Origin: Chara braunii
Taxonomy: Eukaryota > Plantae > Charophyceae
NCBI GenBank assembly: GCA_003427395.1
Contig: BFEA01000014.1
Span: 5,394,470 to 5,458,469 of the forward strand
DNA length: 64,000 bases
Direction of reading: 5' to 3'
Below, piece after piece: positions 53,151 to 63,956 of this stretch. Position 1 is the stretch's first letter. Each line of letters starts with the position of its first letter. The notes below the pieces were generated by a model that was given only the letters and a program-made list of their open reading frames with translations, was not told where the DNA came from and did no database searches. The translations under genes and the position numbers were made by a program.

Positions 53151-53233
53151 CGGCCTTTTGGCCAAGATCAAGTGTAGTATCTGTTCTGATCAGTTTAATA
53201 TCTGATCCGTGGTCCATTGGGCCACACCATATT
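53151..53233 (+). pseudogene. U2: U2 snRNA 5' fragment (tailless retrocopy)
   Basis: cggccttttggccaagatcaagtgtagtatctgttctgatcagtttaatatctgat... includes the branch-pairing GTAGTA and stops before the Sm site. TSD gaag(t/c)aagccgg at 53142-53153 and 53234-53245. Confidence 0.92.
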
Positions 53234-53786
53234 GAAGCAAGCCGGGATCTATCTGAGCCGCCCCAAAAAAAACAACAAAAAAAGATTTATCTGAACGGGG
53301 AGATCTGTCAGCTCTACAAATATCCAGTGACTGAGGGCATACTCCCACTAGGAATTTTTAACCCATTTCTGGACGTACTTGTGGCCAGATACATCCACAT
53401 CCAGCCATAAACACGGTCAGATACTTTAAAGATAATGCTAGTGTGACTACGCCCTGACAGTTCTCTGTCACATCAGAGGAGAATTTATGGCCATTTGGCC
53501 CATATCCAGGGGCGATACAGCTTTTTGTTAATCTTCCCTTTTCGTTCCGCTTCCTCCTTCCACCGTTCACCACCGTGTTGCTGCTCCCCACCATTAGCTG
53601 GAGCCTCCCCCGGAGTGCTAGGGGTGCCTGCTCTTATCAGCACCTCTAGCACCGACCCGGACTGTTTCTCTTAAAAACAAAAAAAAAATCAACGTGTTAG
53701 AAGAACTGTGACAGACTTGTTCAGCAGTGTTAATTTTTAATTCCCCCCCTTTTTTTCTTTTTTTCTTCTTAAAAAAGTAAAAAAAC

Positions 53787-53885
53787 AATTGGATCCTTTC
53801 TCTCTACATGCGGGTTATCTTTGTGGAGGGGCCATGCTAATCTTCTTTCTCTGTGACGTTCCAATTTTAACGGATGTCCCGAAAT
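53787..53885 (-). pseudogene. U6: U6 snRNA-derived retrocopy 5
   Basis: Reverse complement gggacatccgttaaaattggaacgtcacagaga[aaga]agattagcatggcccctcc..., with an A-rich tail toward 53750. 21-bp direct repeat ctgtgacagacttgttcagca at 53706-53726 and 53927-53947. Confidence 0.9.
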
Positions 53886-55293
53886 CTCACCTTAAAAGTT
53901 GGCGCACTTGTTTGCTGCTGAAAGGCCTGTGACAGACTTGTTCAGCACTGTCATCTGGATTTGGGTCATCATCATCCCATGCGCAGCGAAGCCCACAACT
54001 CCCACTAATCCTTTTTCCACCGTACCTGGCCGCAACTGCGGTCATATACGTCCACTAAAGTCCGAGACAAACTTCCTTCTTTGGAAGTGTCATGATCTAG
54101 ATTCAGGTCATCATTCAATGTACCTCCGAGGCTTTCATAGGTTCTGTGACTCACTTCAAATTTCCAATCGATTTCCCATGTCCTGTCTTTTCCGCAGAGC
54201 TGCACTCACTCTCAGCCATGCTCACTTATCAAGAAAAGATACTCCACCAGTTCATCCGCAGGCGGCACCACAGANTTTGCTCTACACGAGTACCGTGCCA
54301 GAATTTGCAGTGCCCAAGCCCGGCAGAGGCTCGGCGGAAAGGGGCATCCGGAGATTGTTCTCGAAAGCCGCACCGTAGATTCCAGGCTCAGAAAAATGCA
54401 GAAGAAAAGATACTCCACCAGTTCATCCGCAGGCGGCACCACAGATTTTGCTCTACACGAGTACCGNTTTCAAAGGCCGTACCGTAGATTCCAGGCTCAG
54501 AAAAATGCAGAAGAAAAGATACTCCACCAGTTCATCCGCAGGCGGCACCACAGATTTTGCTCAACACGAGTACCGTGCCAAAATTTGCAGTGCCCAGGCC
54601 CGGCAGAGGCTCGGTGGAAAGGGGCAACCGGAGATTGTTTTCAAAGGCCGCACCATAGATTCTCGGCTCTGAGTCAGAAAAGTGCAGCGTTTGCTTTGTC
54701 AATTTAGCTTCGGATGGACCGGACGTTTAAACTTTAAAGCATATTACTCACATTCAGACGTTTATGGACGTACCTGACTGCAATTAGGGACTCCAGTCAC
54801 TTTATCTGACCATGTTTATGGACGTACCTGACTGCAATTAGGGACTCCAGTCACTGTATCTGACCATAACTATGTCCAGATACGAGTCCAAAATGGGGGG
54901 GGGTAGTGGGAATATGCCCTTGTGGGCCTTGTCCGTAGAGGCTCCGTGGGAAGGGGCAACGGTTACCGTAGATTGTTTTCAAAGGCCGCACCGTAGATTC
55001 TAGGCTCAAGAAAGTGCAACTTTTGGTTCGTCAATTTAGCTTCGGATGGACTGGTCGTTTAAGGCATAGTACTCACATTCAGACATTTTAGACAGTTATG
55101 GACGTACCTGACTGCAATTAGGGCCGTCCATTGCTGTAGCTGACCATAATTAAGTCCAGATCTGAGTCCAAAAGGGCCTTAGCTGCTAGTGGGAATATGG
55201 CCAGGCCCAGCAGAGGCTCGGTGGAAAGAGGCAACCGCAGATTGTTTTCAAACGCCGCTCTGTAGATTGTTTTCAAAAGCCGCACTGTAGATT

Positions 55294-55403
55294 CTACCTT
55301 CTTCCCCGAATACAACGTACGGTCATTATCGCTGAATTTAGACTGAAAGATAGCCCAAATTCAGCTGTAATGACCGTACATTGTATTCGGGGGAAGACGG
55401 TAG
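55294..55403. mobile_element. MITE family A copy inserted in the satellite (empty sites visible)
   Basis: attcTA-element-TAggctc versus empty attctaggctc at 54997-55007 and 55891-55901. Confidence 0.92.
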
Positions 55404-55915
55404 GCTCGAAAAAATGCAACTTTTGGTTCATCAATTTAGCTTCGGATGGACTGGTCGTTCAAAGCATGCATACTCACATGCAGACCTTTATGGACGTACC
55501 TGACTGCAATTAGGGCCGTCAGTCACTGTATCTGACCATAGATCTGACTCCAAAATGGCCCAATGGGAGCATGCCCTTGTCCGTAGAGGGTTGGTGGGAA
55601 GGGGCAACCTCATATTGTTTCAAAGGCCGCACTGTAGATTCCAGGCTCGGAAAAATGTCACTTTTGGTTCGTCAATTTGGCTTTGGATGGACGGTGGACT
55701 GGTCGTTCAAAGCATACTCAGGCGTACCTGACTGCGATTAGGGCCGTCAGTCACTGTCTCTGACCATAACTAAGTCCAGATACAAAAGGGCCTACTAGTA
55801 GTGGGAATAATATGCCCTTGTCCGTAGAGGCGCGGTGGGAAGCGGCAACCGTAGATTGTTTTCAAAGGCTGCAGTGCCGCTGCACTATGGATTCTAGGCT
55901 CGGAAAAAATGCAAG

Positions 55916-56100
55916 TTTTTTTTTTTTTTTTTTTTAAATAAAAGGGCGACCGCCTCGAGATATCATCATTGAACTGACTGGCCCTAGGTAATTCAGAAAT
56001 ATGTTATGTTGTTAATCTGACTGCAATGCATCTGGATTCGACCTTGAGTCGGATTCATGTTTCAACAGTGCATCGGTGTACCAACTGAGCTAGACCCGTT
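55916..56100 (-). mobile_element. Short tRNA-derived SINE inserted in the satellite
   Basis: Head tctagctcagttggta...ggtcgaatcc; poly(A) at 55916-55935. It interrupts the satellite motif gaaaaaatgcaa, which resumes as gaaaaacgcac at about 56104. Confidence 0.75.
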
Positions 56101-56685
56101 GGTGAAAAACGCACCTTTGGTTTCCTCAATTTAGCTGCCTGCTGATGAACTTGTCCTTTAAAGCATGCATGCTCACATTTGGACTTTTGTGGATGTACCT
56201 GACTGCAATTAGGGTACATCACTAGCTGTATCTGAGCACAATTAAGGCCAGATCTGAGTCCAAAAGGGCCTTAGCTAGTGGGAGTATGCCCTTGTCCACA
56301 GATCTGGACTTTATTGTGGTCAGATACAGCCATGATTGAACTAAGGCCAGATTTCAATCATGATACACTGCGCAAACTCACCAAAGAGATTACCATACTT
56401 GCAAACAGCAAAAAGGTGAACAAGCAGGACTTTTATGGATGCACCTGACTGCAAATAGGGCCCCGTCAGTGGCTGTATCTGACCACAATAAAGTCCAGAT
56501 CTGTGGCCAGAGTTCGATGCCATTGTCCGTGCTTGAAGGCACACTGAACAAGGAAAGAGATTAGCTTACCATTCCTCGCAAACAGCGAAAGCCCAAAAGG
56601 TGAACAAGCACCCCACACTAAGGACTTTTGTGGATGAATCCGACTGTAAATAGGGTCATCACTAGCTGAATCTGACCACAATTAA

Positions 56686-56843
56686 ACCACCAGTACCTTT
56701 CCCAGGCAAAAACAAATTGCCCGGCGGTTAACACAGAGGCTGGCCCCAGGCACGCGTGCCCGCCAGATTCATCGGATTCCCAAATGCTCGGCACGCAGGG
56801 CCCACGGTCCGCGGCCAACATATATGGGAAAGGTACTGGCGGT
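56686..56843. mobile_element. MITE family B (TTAA-specific; TIR accaccagtacctttccc)
   Basis: TTAA at 56682-56685 and TCAA at 56844-56847. The empty satellite site aattaagtccagatctgag is at about 55148. Confidence 0.88.
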
Positions 56844-57842
56844 TCAAGTCCAGATCTGAGGCCCAAGTATGCCCTCGTCCGTGCTGGCCGATTTCAGAAC
56901 ACTCAGAAAACAGATTTCCATACTCGCAAACAGCAAAAGTAGCACCACACTGAGCCAGTGAGCCTCTCTATTTTTCTTTTGGGGTAACTTCAGTAGAGTC
57001 TGCAACTCCTGCATAGTTTCCCCTTTTCTTTTCCATCTTCGTCTTTTCTTAGTGGACGAACTCGCCAAAGGCCCAAAGTTTATCTCTCTAGACCAGGAAG
57101 TACCCAAACTGCTACATCCTTTTTCCAGCTGCCCATCACACTCTCGCACAGGCTATTCGCATCTGGCCATGGAACTTGGGAAAAGGTGTAAATCATCCTA
57201 CCTGCAACAATTTGAAAGCCTTAAATTTTGTGTTCTTTCCCCCGTAAACGAGGCCAAGAGTGTGGGGGGGGGCGGCCAGGGGTCACGTCATTTTTGCACC
57301 CTGGTTTGGCCGGTAGTGCCAACAAGGGCCTGCTGTGCAAAACTGGTGGGAAAGTTTTTGGCAGGCCATGCCAGCTGAGGGTGGAAAAATGACACGAAAG
57401 TTCATTTTAGGGTCCCTCCAACAAAGGTTATGCCGTGGAAGGAATTTATAACTTTCCCAATTGATCTTCATAATCCATGGTTAAAAATACAAAAAACCTC
57501 TGTGAGCGGAACCTCGCCCCCGGGCCCGGGTGGAAGATGTGCCAACAAGGCATTTCCCCCCCACCCCCCCCACCTTCAACCATTCCGCCAACAACGCGTT
57601 GCCTCCACTTCTAATTATTCACTTCTGGCTGTTGGTCCTCGTCATCAACAGTCAGAGACAGACAGAATCTAAGCAAGTGGGACCTCGCCCGGAATCGAAT
57701 ATGTGCCAGCAAGGCATTTCCTCCACCTCTTCAAAGAATTTAGAACTTTCATCCTTCTTTAATTCTTTTGTTGCGTTCTCACTTTGGCGTTTCATTTCCA
57801 AGTCAGCTTTCCTTGTAGTGCCCACATGTCTCCATGCATGAT

Positions 57843-57887
<45 letters not shown>

Positions 57888-57941
57888 NNNNNNNNNNNNN
57901 NNNNNNNNNNNNNNNNNNNNNNNNNNNNNNNNNNNNNNNNN

Positions 57942-57980
<39 letters not shown>

Positions 57981-58272
57981 GTCGTATTCGCTATACACTC
58001 AAAAAAAAGCATGACTGTGCCAGAGAGACTGTTTCGTCGGACTTTCACAGACTCCTAAGGAGGTTGAATGTGTGTTTGTCTGTGTGTGCGAGTGCATTTT
58101 GATGTGGCCTACGCACGTGAACCCCGCCCCCAGAATATGCTAAACACACTGAGGGTTTTCCTCTGAAACCAAGGACCTGCTGGTGTCAAAGTCACTACAA
58201 CTACCTGACCTCCCAAAACCACGGTTAAACCAGCCACCAGTCCGCCACCTGACCTCCTAAAACCACCCTTAA

Positions 58273-58451
58273 ACCGCCAGTACCTTTCCCAGTCAAAAAT
58301 AAAATGCCCGTCGGTTAACACGGAGGCTGTCCCCAGGCAGCCAGGCCAGCCAGATACATTCCAAAATTAATGCTCGGAGCGCTGGCCAGATACGTTCCAA
58401 ATGCTCGGCGCACAGGGCCTTCGGCCAACATATGGGAAAGGTACTGGCGGT
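58273..58451. mobile_element. MITE family B copy
   Basis: TTAA-accgccagtacctttccc...gggaaaggtactggcggt-TTGA; interior homologous to 56686-56843. Confidence 0.88.
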
Positions 58452-58876
58452 TTGAACTACCAGTCCGCCGGAGCCTCTTTTTCCCATGCCGATTTCTGCT
58501 GAGCACCAATCCCTACCTAGTAACCAGCATGGCATGCGATTTGTCTGCCAACCCCAGCGCTTTCCGCCTGGTAGACCCTACCTAGCTGGGCAGTGGATTG
58601 TCGGTGACGTCGAAACTTGAAACGCCTTCCGCCTTACACATTCACAATTTCACAAGAGTCTGCAATTGTGTGGGACTCAGCTCTCCCATCTTCACCACAA
58701 TTGAACACCCAGTCATTCTAGCTGTAGTGGGTCCAGCTTGCAGTCTAGGTACAGCGATAACGCCTGTCAGTGAGCAGAATTCTCTTTGGGTGACGACGGT
58801 AGTGGTTTTCTCAAGCACGGCAGAATCTGTTGTGGGATTCATGGCATGCGACCGGCGTGCCACTGTCTATCAACCC

Positions 58877-59100
58877 ACCACACTCCTTTGGACTATAGCG
58901 CTCAACCGTGCCTGTAGCACTCAACACTACTTTGGACTACAGCGCTCGACTGTGCCTGTAGCACTCAACACACTCCTTTGGACTATAGCTCTCAACTGCA
59001 CCTGTAGCACTCGAAACTACTTTGGACTATAGTGCTCAACTGTGCCTGTAGCACTCAACACTACTTTGGACTATAGAGCTCAACTGTGCCTGCAGCACTC
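58877..59100. repeat. 42-44-bp tandem repeat, about 5 copies
   Basis: cactactttggactatagcgctcaactgtgcctgtagcactcaa. Confidence 0.92.
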
Positions 59101-59149
59101 GTTGCCAACTGTGCATTTGACTGATGGATGGAGTCACCATGTCCCTGCG

Positions 59150-59220
59150 AAAGTGATTCAGTAGGTTTCATGCCAGGGCTGCACTGAGTAGGTGCTGGGT
59201 TCAAAACCCATTGCTGTCAC
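59150..59220 (+). mobile_element. Degenerate tRNA-like SINE head
   Basis: A-box-like gtgattcagtagg and B-box-like gggttcaaaaccc. No tail or TSD identified. Confidence 0.3.
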
Positions 59221-60264
59221 TCTCAGTGGCCTGAGGATGGCAGAGGTCACAGAATGACGCTGGTCAGTTTCACTGCCAGTGGGGCGACTGGCGCTGCCCT
59301 GTAACCCACCGGTATCATTGCGGGAGCATGAGGCCTGGCGGAGAGATGTCGGGAAGTCCCAGCATGCGTCGGCAACGCCTGGTAATTATCGCCGTATCTG
59401 GGCTGAAAGTTGCACCAAATACAGTGATAATGTCCGGCTGTTCTATTCGGGTGACGACAGTAGTATCCGGTGGGAAACCCCTGCTCAGGTTCTACTGCGG
59501 GCAGTGTTGGGACATATCCCTCACGAATTCTGTAGTTTTCCTCCCGTCTTCACCGGAGTACAACCATACTACTACAACCTACAATCATTATTGCTGTATT
59601 AGACTGAAAGCTACCCCAAACTTTACCCGAATAAAATGTACCATCATTATTCCTGTATTTAGTCTGAAAGATACCCCAGATACGGCTTTAATGACCGTAC
59701 GGTATATTCTGGTTAGACCAACACTGAGTACCTACCGCATTCTTAGGCTGGCTCTGAGTCGAATTAAGTTTTTTTTTTTTTTTTCGTTTTTCTTTTTCTT
59801 TTTCTGTGGAATGCATTTGGCTCTGCGCGGCAGGCTGATTCCTCCACTGCGTTAACGGCCTAAGAACGTGGAGGTACTGGTGGTGTAAGACTGTAGACAG
59901 AATCATCTTTAGCTGAGGCCTGGCAGAGAGATCTGGACAAGTGGCCCCCACATCACCAGCAGGCTGGGAGCGGGCCAGAAGGATACACACAGTGGCATTT
60001 CTCTGCCCATATCGGATTTTTATGGCCAACACCATCAGAACTAGTAAGAAATAAAGCCACAGCACATCGGAAACGGGGCGAAAGGGACTCAAAGTACCAG
60101 TTCAATCCTAAGATCATTCTGCGCGTATGGTCAACATTTTACTCCACTCCATCCTCCCCACTCCCCCCCCCCCCCCCCCCCCCTCCTCTTCCTCCACCAT
60201 CACTAACTCTCCTTGCCTAATTAGGAAAAAAGGACAAACACGAGTTTATGCCATTAAACACACA

Positions 60265-60386
60265 GTCCTCCGGGGCATCGGTTACAATAGGAACAATATG
60301 GAGAATGAAGATTATCACGGCCCCTGCACAAGGATGACACGCCCCTGCACAAGGATGACACGCCTAAATCAAGAAGTGGTTCAAAT
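60265..60386 (+). pseudogene. U6: U6 snRNA-derived copy 6 with internal 21-bp duplication
   Basis: gtcctccggggcatcggttacaataggaacaatatggaga[atga]agattatcacg(gcccctgcacaaggatgacac)x2 gcctaaatcaagaagtggttcaaat. Confidence 0.85.
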
Positions 60387-60390
60387 GCTA

Positions 60391-60650
60391 GGCTACCAGA
60401 GTGGCCTGGGGTCACTTGCCCGTCCGGGCCAAAAAAAATAAAAATAANNNNNNNNNNNNNNNNNNNNNNNNNTTTTTTTTGGTGAAGAATTTCGATAAGA
60501 CCCTGAGGGAAAAGTTGTTCAGTTTATTTTTCTGTATAACAGAGGTTTTTTAGGGATCTTTGGGATTTGTTTTGTTTTTTTTTTTGCTGGGGCCTTCCCT
60601 GGTCCTCTTACGGGCTTGCCACCGGGACCCGGGCGGCCCGGCTGGCAGCC
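60391..60650. mobile_element. MITE family C (ggctaccag...ctggcagcc) within a CTAG context
   Basis: Short TIR. Right half is homologous to 14357-14534 in the CHX intron; a related right end lies at about 37090-37120. All three end in CTAG. Confidence 0.75.
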
Positions 60651-63348
60651 TAGTTGTCATCATGTGAGTTTGGAAAGGTGCAAAAGTTTAGCGGGGGTCT
60701 ATATTGCCCTACTAGTCATTCATTTTACCCGCAGTGGCCCTCTGCAGATTTTGGGTCACCTTTTTTTGCTCCATTTTAGGCAACTGCTAAAAAGTTGCCT
60801 ATTCTGAACGCTGCGTGTGCAATGACTGAGTCTCCAACATACTTGCCCCAAATTTCCCAAAAAAAGGGGGGAAGCTGTGGCTGTGACCCACTTTTAGTTT
60901 GAAATATTAGGCAAAAGAAAACACAAAGTGGCGCCGCTGTCATGGTGCGAGTTTCGAAATGCGGAAGTTTTGTGGGGGTCTAAAATTGGGTGCGCCCTGA
61001 AACGGAGGAACTCTGACAGATGTGTTTGGCTTTCTCGCATCAAACTCTCTTCCTTCCTTGGGCAATGAACGCATCTGGCCATCCATGTTGTCCCTGTCCA
61101 TTTTACAAATGGTGACCTCCTGTCCCCTCACCACCGAAAGTATCCTTTTTCGTGTTTCATTTCTCCGAGTTCCGTAATCAGAAATAAGGAGAAAAGCTGT
61201 TTCTAGCGCTTTTTTATTTCTTGTTTTGAATTTATTAATGTCACAATGTTGTTACACGGTTGCGGTTTCTAAACTTAAACTTAGGCGGTGTTTATTTCCC
61301 CTACCCGTGAAAAAAAAAAACAAGTTGCCATAATGATTCTTCTTCTTCCAGTTTCTTTACCGGCACGGCACCTCCGAACCTCTTTCCTGGTGCGGGTCTT
61401 CCCTGCCCACCCAAAGAAAACGAATCTGGTGTGGACTTCCCCTACCCGTGAATGAATAACGAATCGCCTCGGGTGCACTTTCTTTTTTTTTTCTTTTTTT
61501 GGCATCCCCAGCCATTTTGGTCCGGCCACACTGTTCATCCAAAGGAATTGGAGTAATTTAAAGCCAATTCGTTGGCCCCTTGTGTCTGAGGGCATACACA
61601 CTCGCATTCTCACATATTTTCACAAAATCGCAAATCATACGTGATCTTTTGGGTCACAAGGGGCACCTATTTTGCGTTATCACGCAAATTTTAAAGGGAA
61701 CGTATATGTCAGCGGCCTGGACAGCCGCGGGGTCATGCATTTTGCGGGGACCTGTAGATGTCCCCGGAAAATCGTATTTCTATTTCTGCTGTTTCTTTCT
61801 GGAAACAAAACCAAAATTCGCAGTGTGCAGGTTTGTAGGATTCGATTTTGCAAACGTACATGCGGGAGGTCTCTGTCGCTGTGTAAAGGGGGGAAAAAAA
61901 GAAAAAGAAAAAAAGAAAAGGGAAGGGCGTTTATTGTGTCTTGCACTGTCTGAGCTCAAGGATCACATTGAATTTTGGAGATCTGGTCGCTACAGGGTCG
62001 TTTCTGTTTCAGGGTGAATAGGGGTGCGGTCTGTGGCCATGACGTGACGTACAATCGCAAGTTGATGGCACCCGTAAACTACGGGGTGACCGTTGTGTGA
62101 GTATGCCCTGAGAAAGGTAGTGGTGATGTAAAGGGGGGTAACTTACCGTAGTCCATAACTTTAGTGTTGATCTGATCTCATCAGTATTCGAACTCATGTT
62201 ATGTTTATCAGCGGTTGCGTATGTGCCATCCAACCAGATGGGCTAGACAGGGGTTAATATGTCGCTGCAGTGCAAAGCAGGGGACCGGTCACTGTGGCAT
62301 CCNNNNNNNNNNNNNNNNNNNNNNNNNNNNNNNNNNNNNNNNNNNNNNNNNNNNNNNNNNNNNNNNNNNNNNNNNNNNNNNNNNNNNNNNNNNNNNNNNN
62401 NNNNNNNNNNNNNNNNNNNNNNNNNNNNNNNNNNNNNNNNNNNNNNNNNNNNNNNNNNNNNNNNNNNNNNNNNNNNNNNNNNNNNNNNNNNNNNNNNNNN
62501 NNNNNNNNNNNNNNNNNNNNNNNNNNNNNNNNNNNNNNNNNNNNNNNNNNNNNNNNNNNNNNNNNNNNNNNNNNNNNNNNNNNNNNNNNNNNNNNNNNNN
62601 NNNNNNNNNNNNNNNNNNNNNNNNNNNNNNNNNNNNNNNNNNNNNNNNNNNNNNNNNNNNNNNNNNNNNNNNNNNNNNNNNNNNNNNNGGGGGCGGGTAC
62701 ATGGTTTCCTGCCCAAACCGAAAGGGCCAAAGCACACGACAAAACGGATTTCATGTCAAAGAAAAAATCTACAAAACGACCAAATCTAACAGGTTATTCT
62801 CCTGTATTTCCACACCACTAGATTCGCAATACATCAACGGCAGAGCTCCCTTCCACCATGCCACACGTGATAGAAAGCTCAGCGTTGTGAAAACTGAACT
62901 TCGGCGGTGGGACTTCTCCCCAGGAAAGAGGTTCAGAGGTGCCGGCGATAAAGAAAAAAGGAAGAAGAAGAGTGGCGATTTGTTATTTGTTCGCGGGCAG
63001 GGGAGATCCACGCCAGATTGAATTTCGGTGTTTTTTGGCGAGCACGGGTAATGTGCACCTGGTCCAGGAAAGAGGTTCGGAGCAGCCGCTGGTAAGGAAA
63101 AAGGAAGAAGAAGAGTGTCATCAAGTACTTAATTTTTCGTGGGCAGGGGAATTCCACACCAGATTCGTTTCTCTTTTTCTTGGTGGGCAGGGGAAATGCG
63201 CACCTTGTCCAGGAAAGAGGTCCGATTCGGAAGGTGCCGCTGGTAAAGATCTCAAGGTCCACCGCACTCACCCCACACAGATTATACATCTGCACTCCTT
63301 CGTGATCAGGTGGATTTTCTGCCCGGGTGATTTTCGGTTCTTTACATG

Positions 63349-63462
63349 CTACCGTCTTCACCCGAATAGAACGCCCGCCGGTCATTATCGCTGCACCTGG
63401 ACCGAAAGTTGTGCCAAATACAGCTATAACGACCGGGCATTCTATTCGAGTGAAGACGGTAG
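63349..63462. mobile_element. MITE family A copy
   Basis: cTAccgtcttcacccgaatagaacgccc...tctattcgagtgaagacggTAg. More degenerate copies at about 58683-58802, 59370-59463 and 59541-59712. Confidence 0.88.
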
Positions 63463-63956
63463 ACTAATAAATGATAGGCTATTTTGGACCTTTTCTTTCT
63501 TACCACGTTCTTTCAATCAGAGTTTCAATTGAAAAGAAAAAAAAAAAAACGTTTTCTTTACTTCCGGATGAGTTGCCTGAGGAAGTCTTTATGTTCCACA
63601 AAAAAAGAACATTACTCTCAGCGTCTCAGATCATGGTCACATTAGAAATTTCCTGACTGTATCTAACCGCATCTAGGAAAGCGACAGGATGTATCTGACC
63701 GGCATTACATCCAAAAACATCAGTCGAAGTGGCCTACCTAGTGTCAGTACGCCCTACTAAGAATGTGCATGCCCTTCTACAAGTCTTGCTGCCCTCAGAA
63801 TGTACATGCACTTCTGTAAGTTTTGCTACAGACACTGTAACTGCACCTTGGAACATCAACAGTGTTCAAGCATTTGCAAGATTCGGGGAATTCCCTCCTT
63901 TCTTGTATTATTATTTGTCGGACAGCAACTAGAACTAATCTCCAAATTTATTTTTA

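Larger units (their letters stand above)
54230..56880. repeat. Degenerate satellite with ~250-300-bp units, hosting MITE A, MITE B and a SINE
   Basis: Recurring tatggacgtacctgactgcaattaggg, gattgttttcaaaggccgcac and tagtgggaatatgccct. An inverted fragment lies at about 53330-53430. Confidence 0.9.

Noticed and set aside
58877-59100. CRISPR-like regular repeats (also 8134-8360, 25252-25395, 34950-35157)
   Set aside because: Units are contiguous with no unique spacers, there are no cas genes, and the context is eukaryotic.
61056-61076. U4 snRNA-like motif cttgggcaatgaacgcatct
   Set aside because: Only about 20 nt are similar and the match does not extend.
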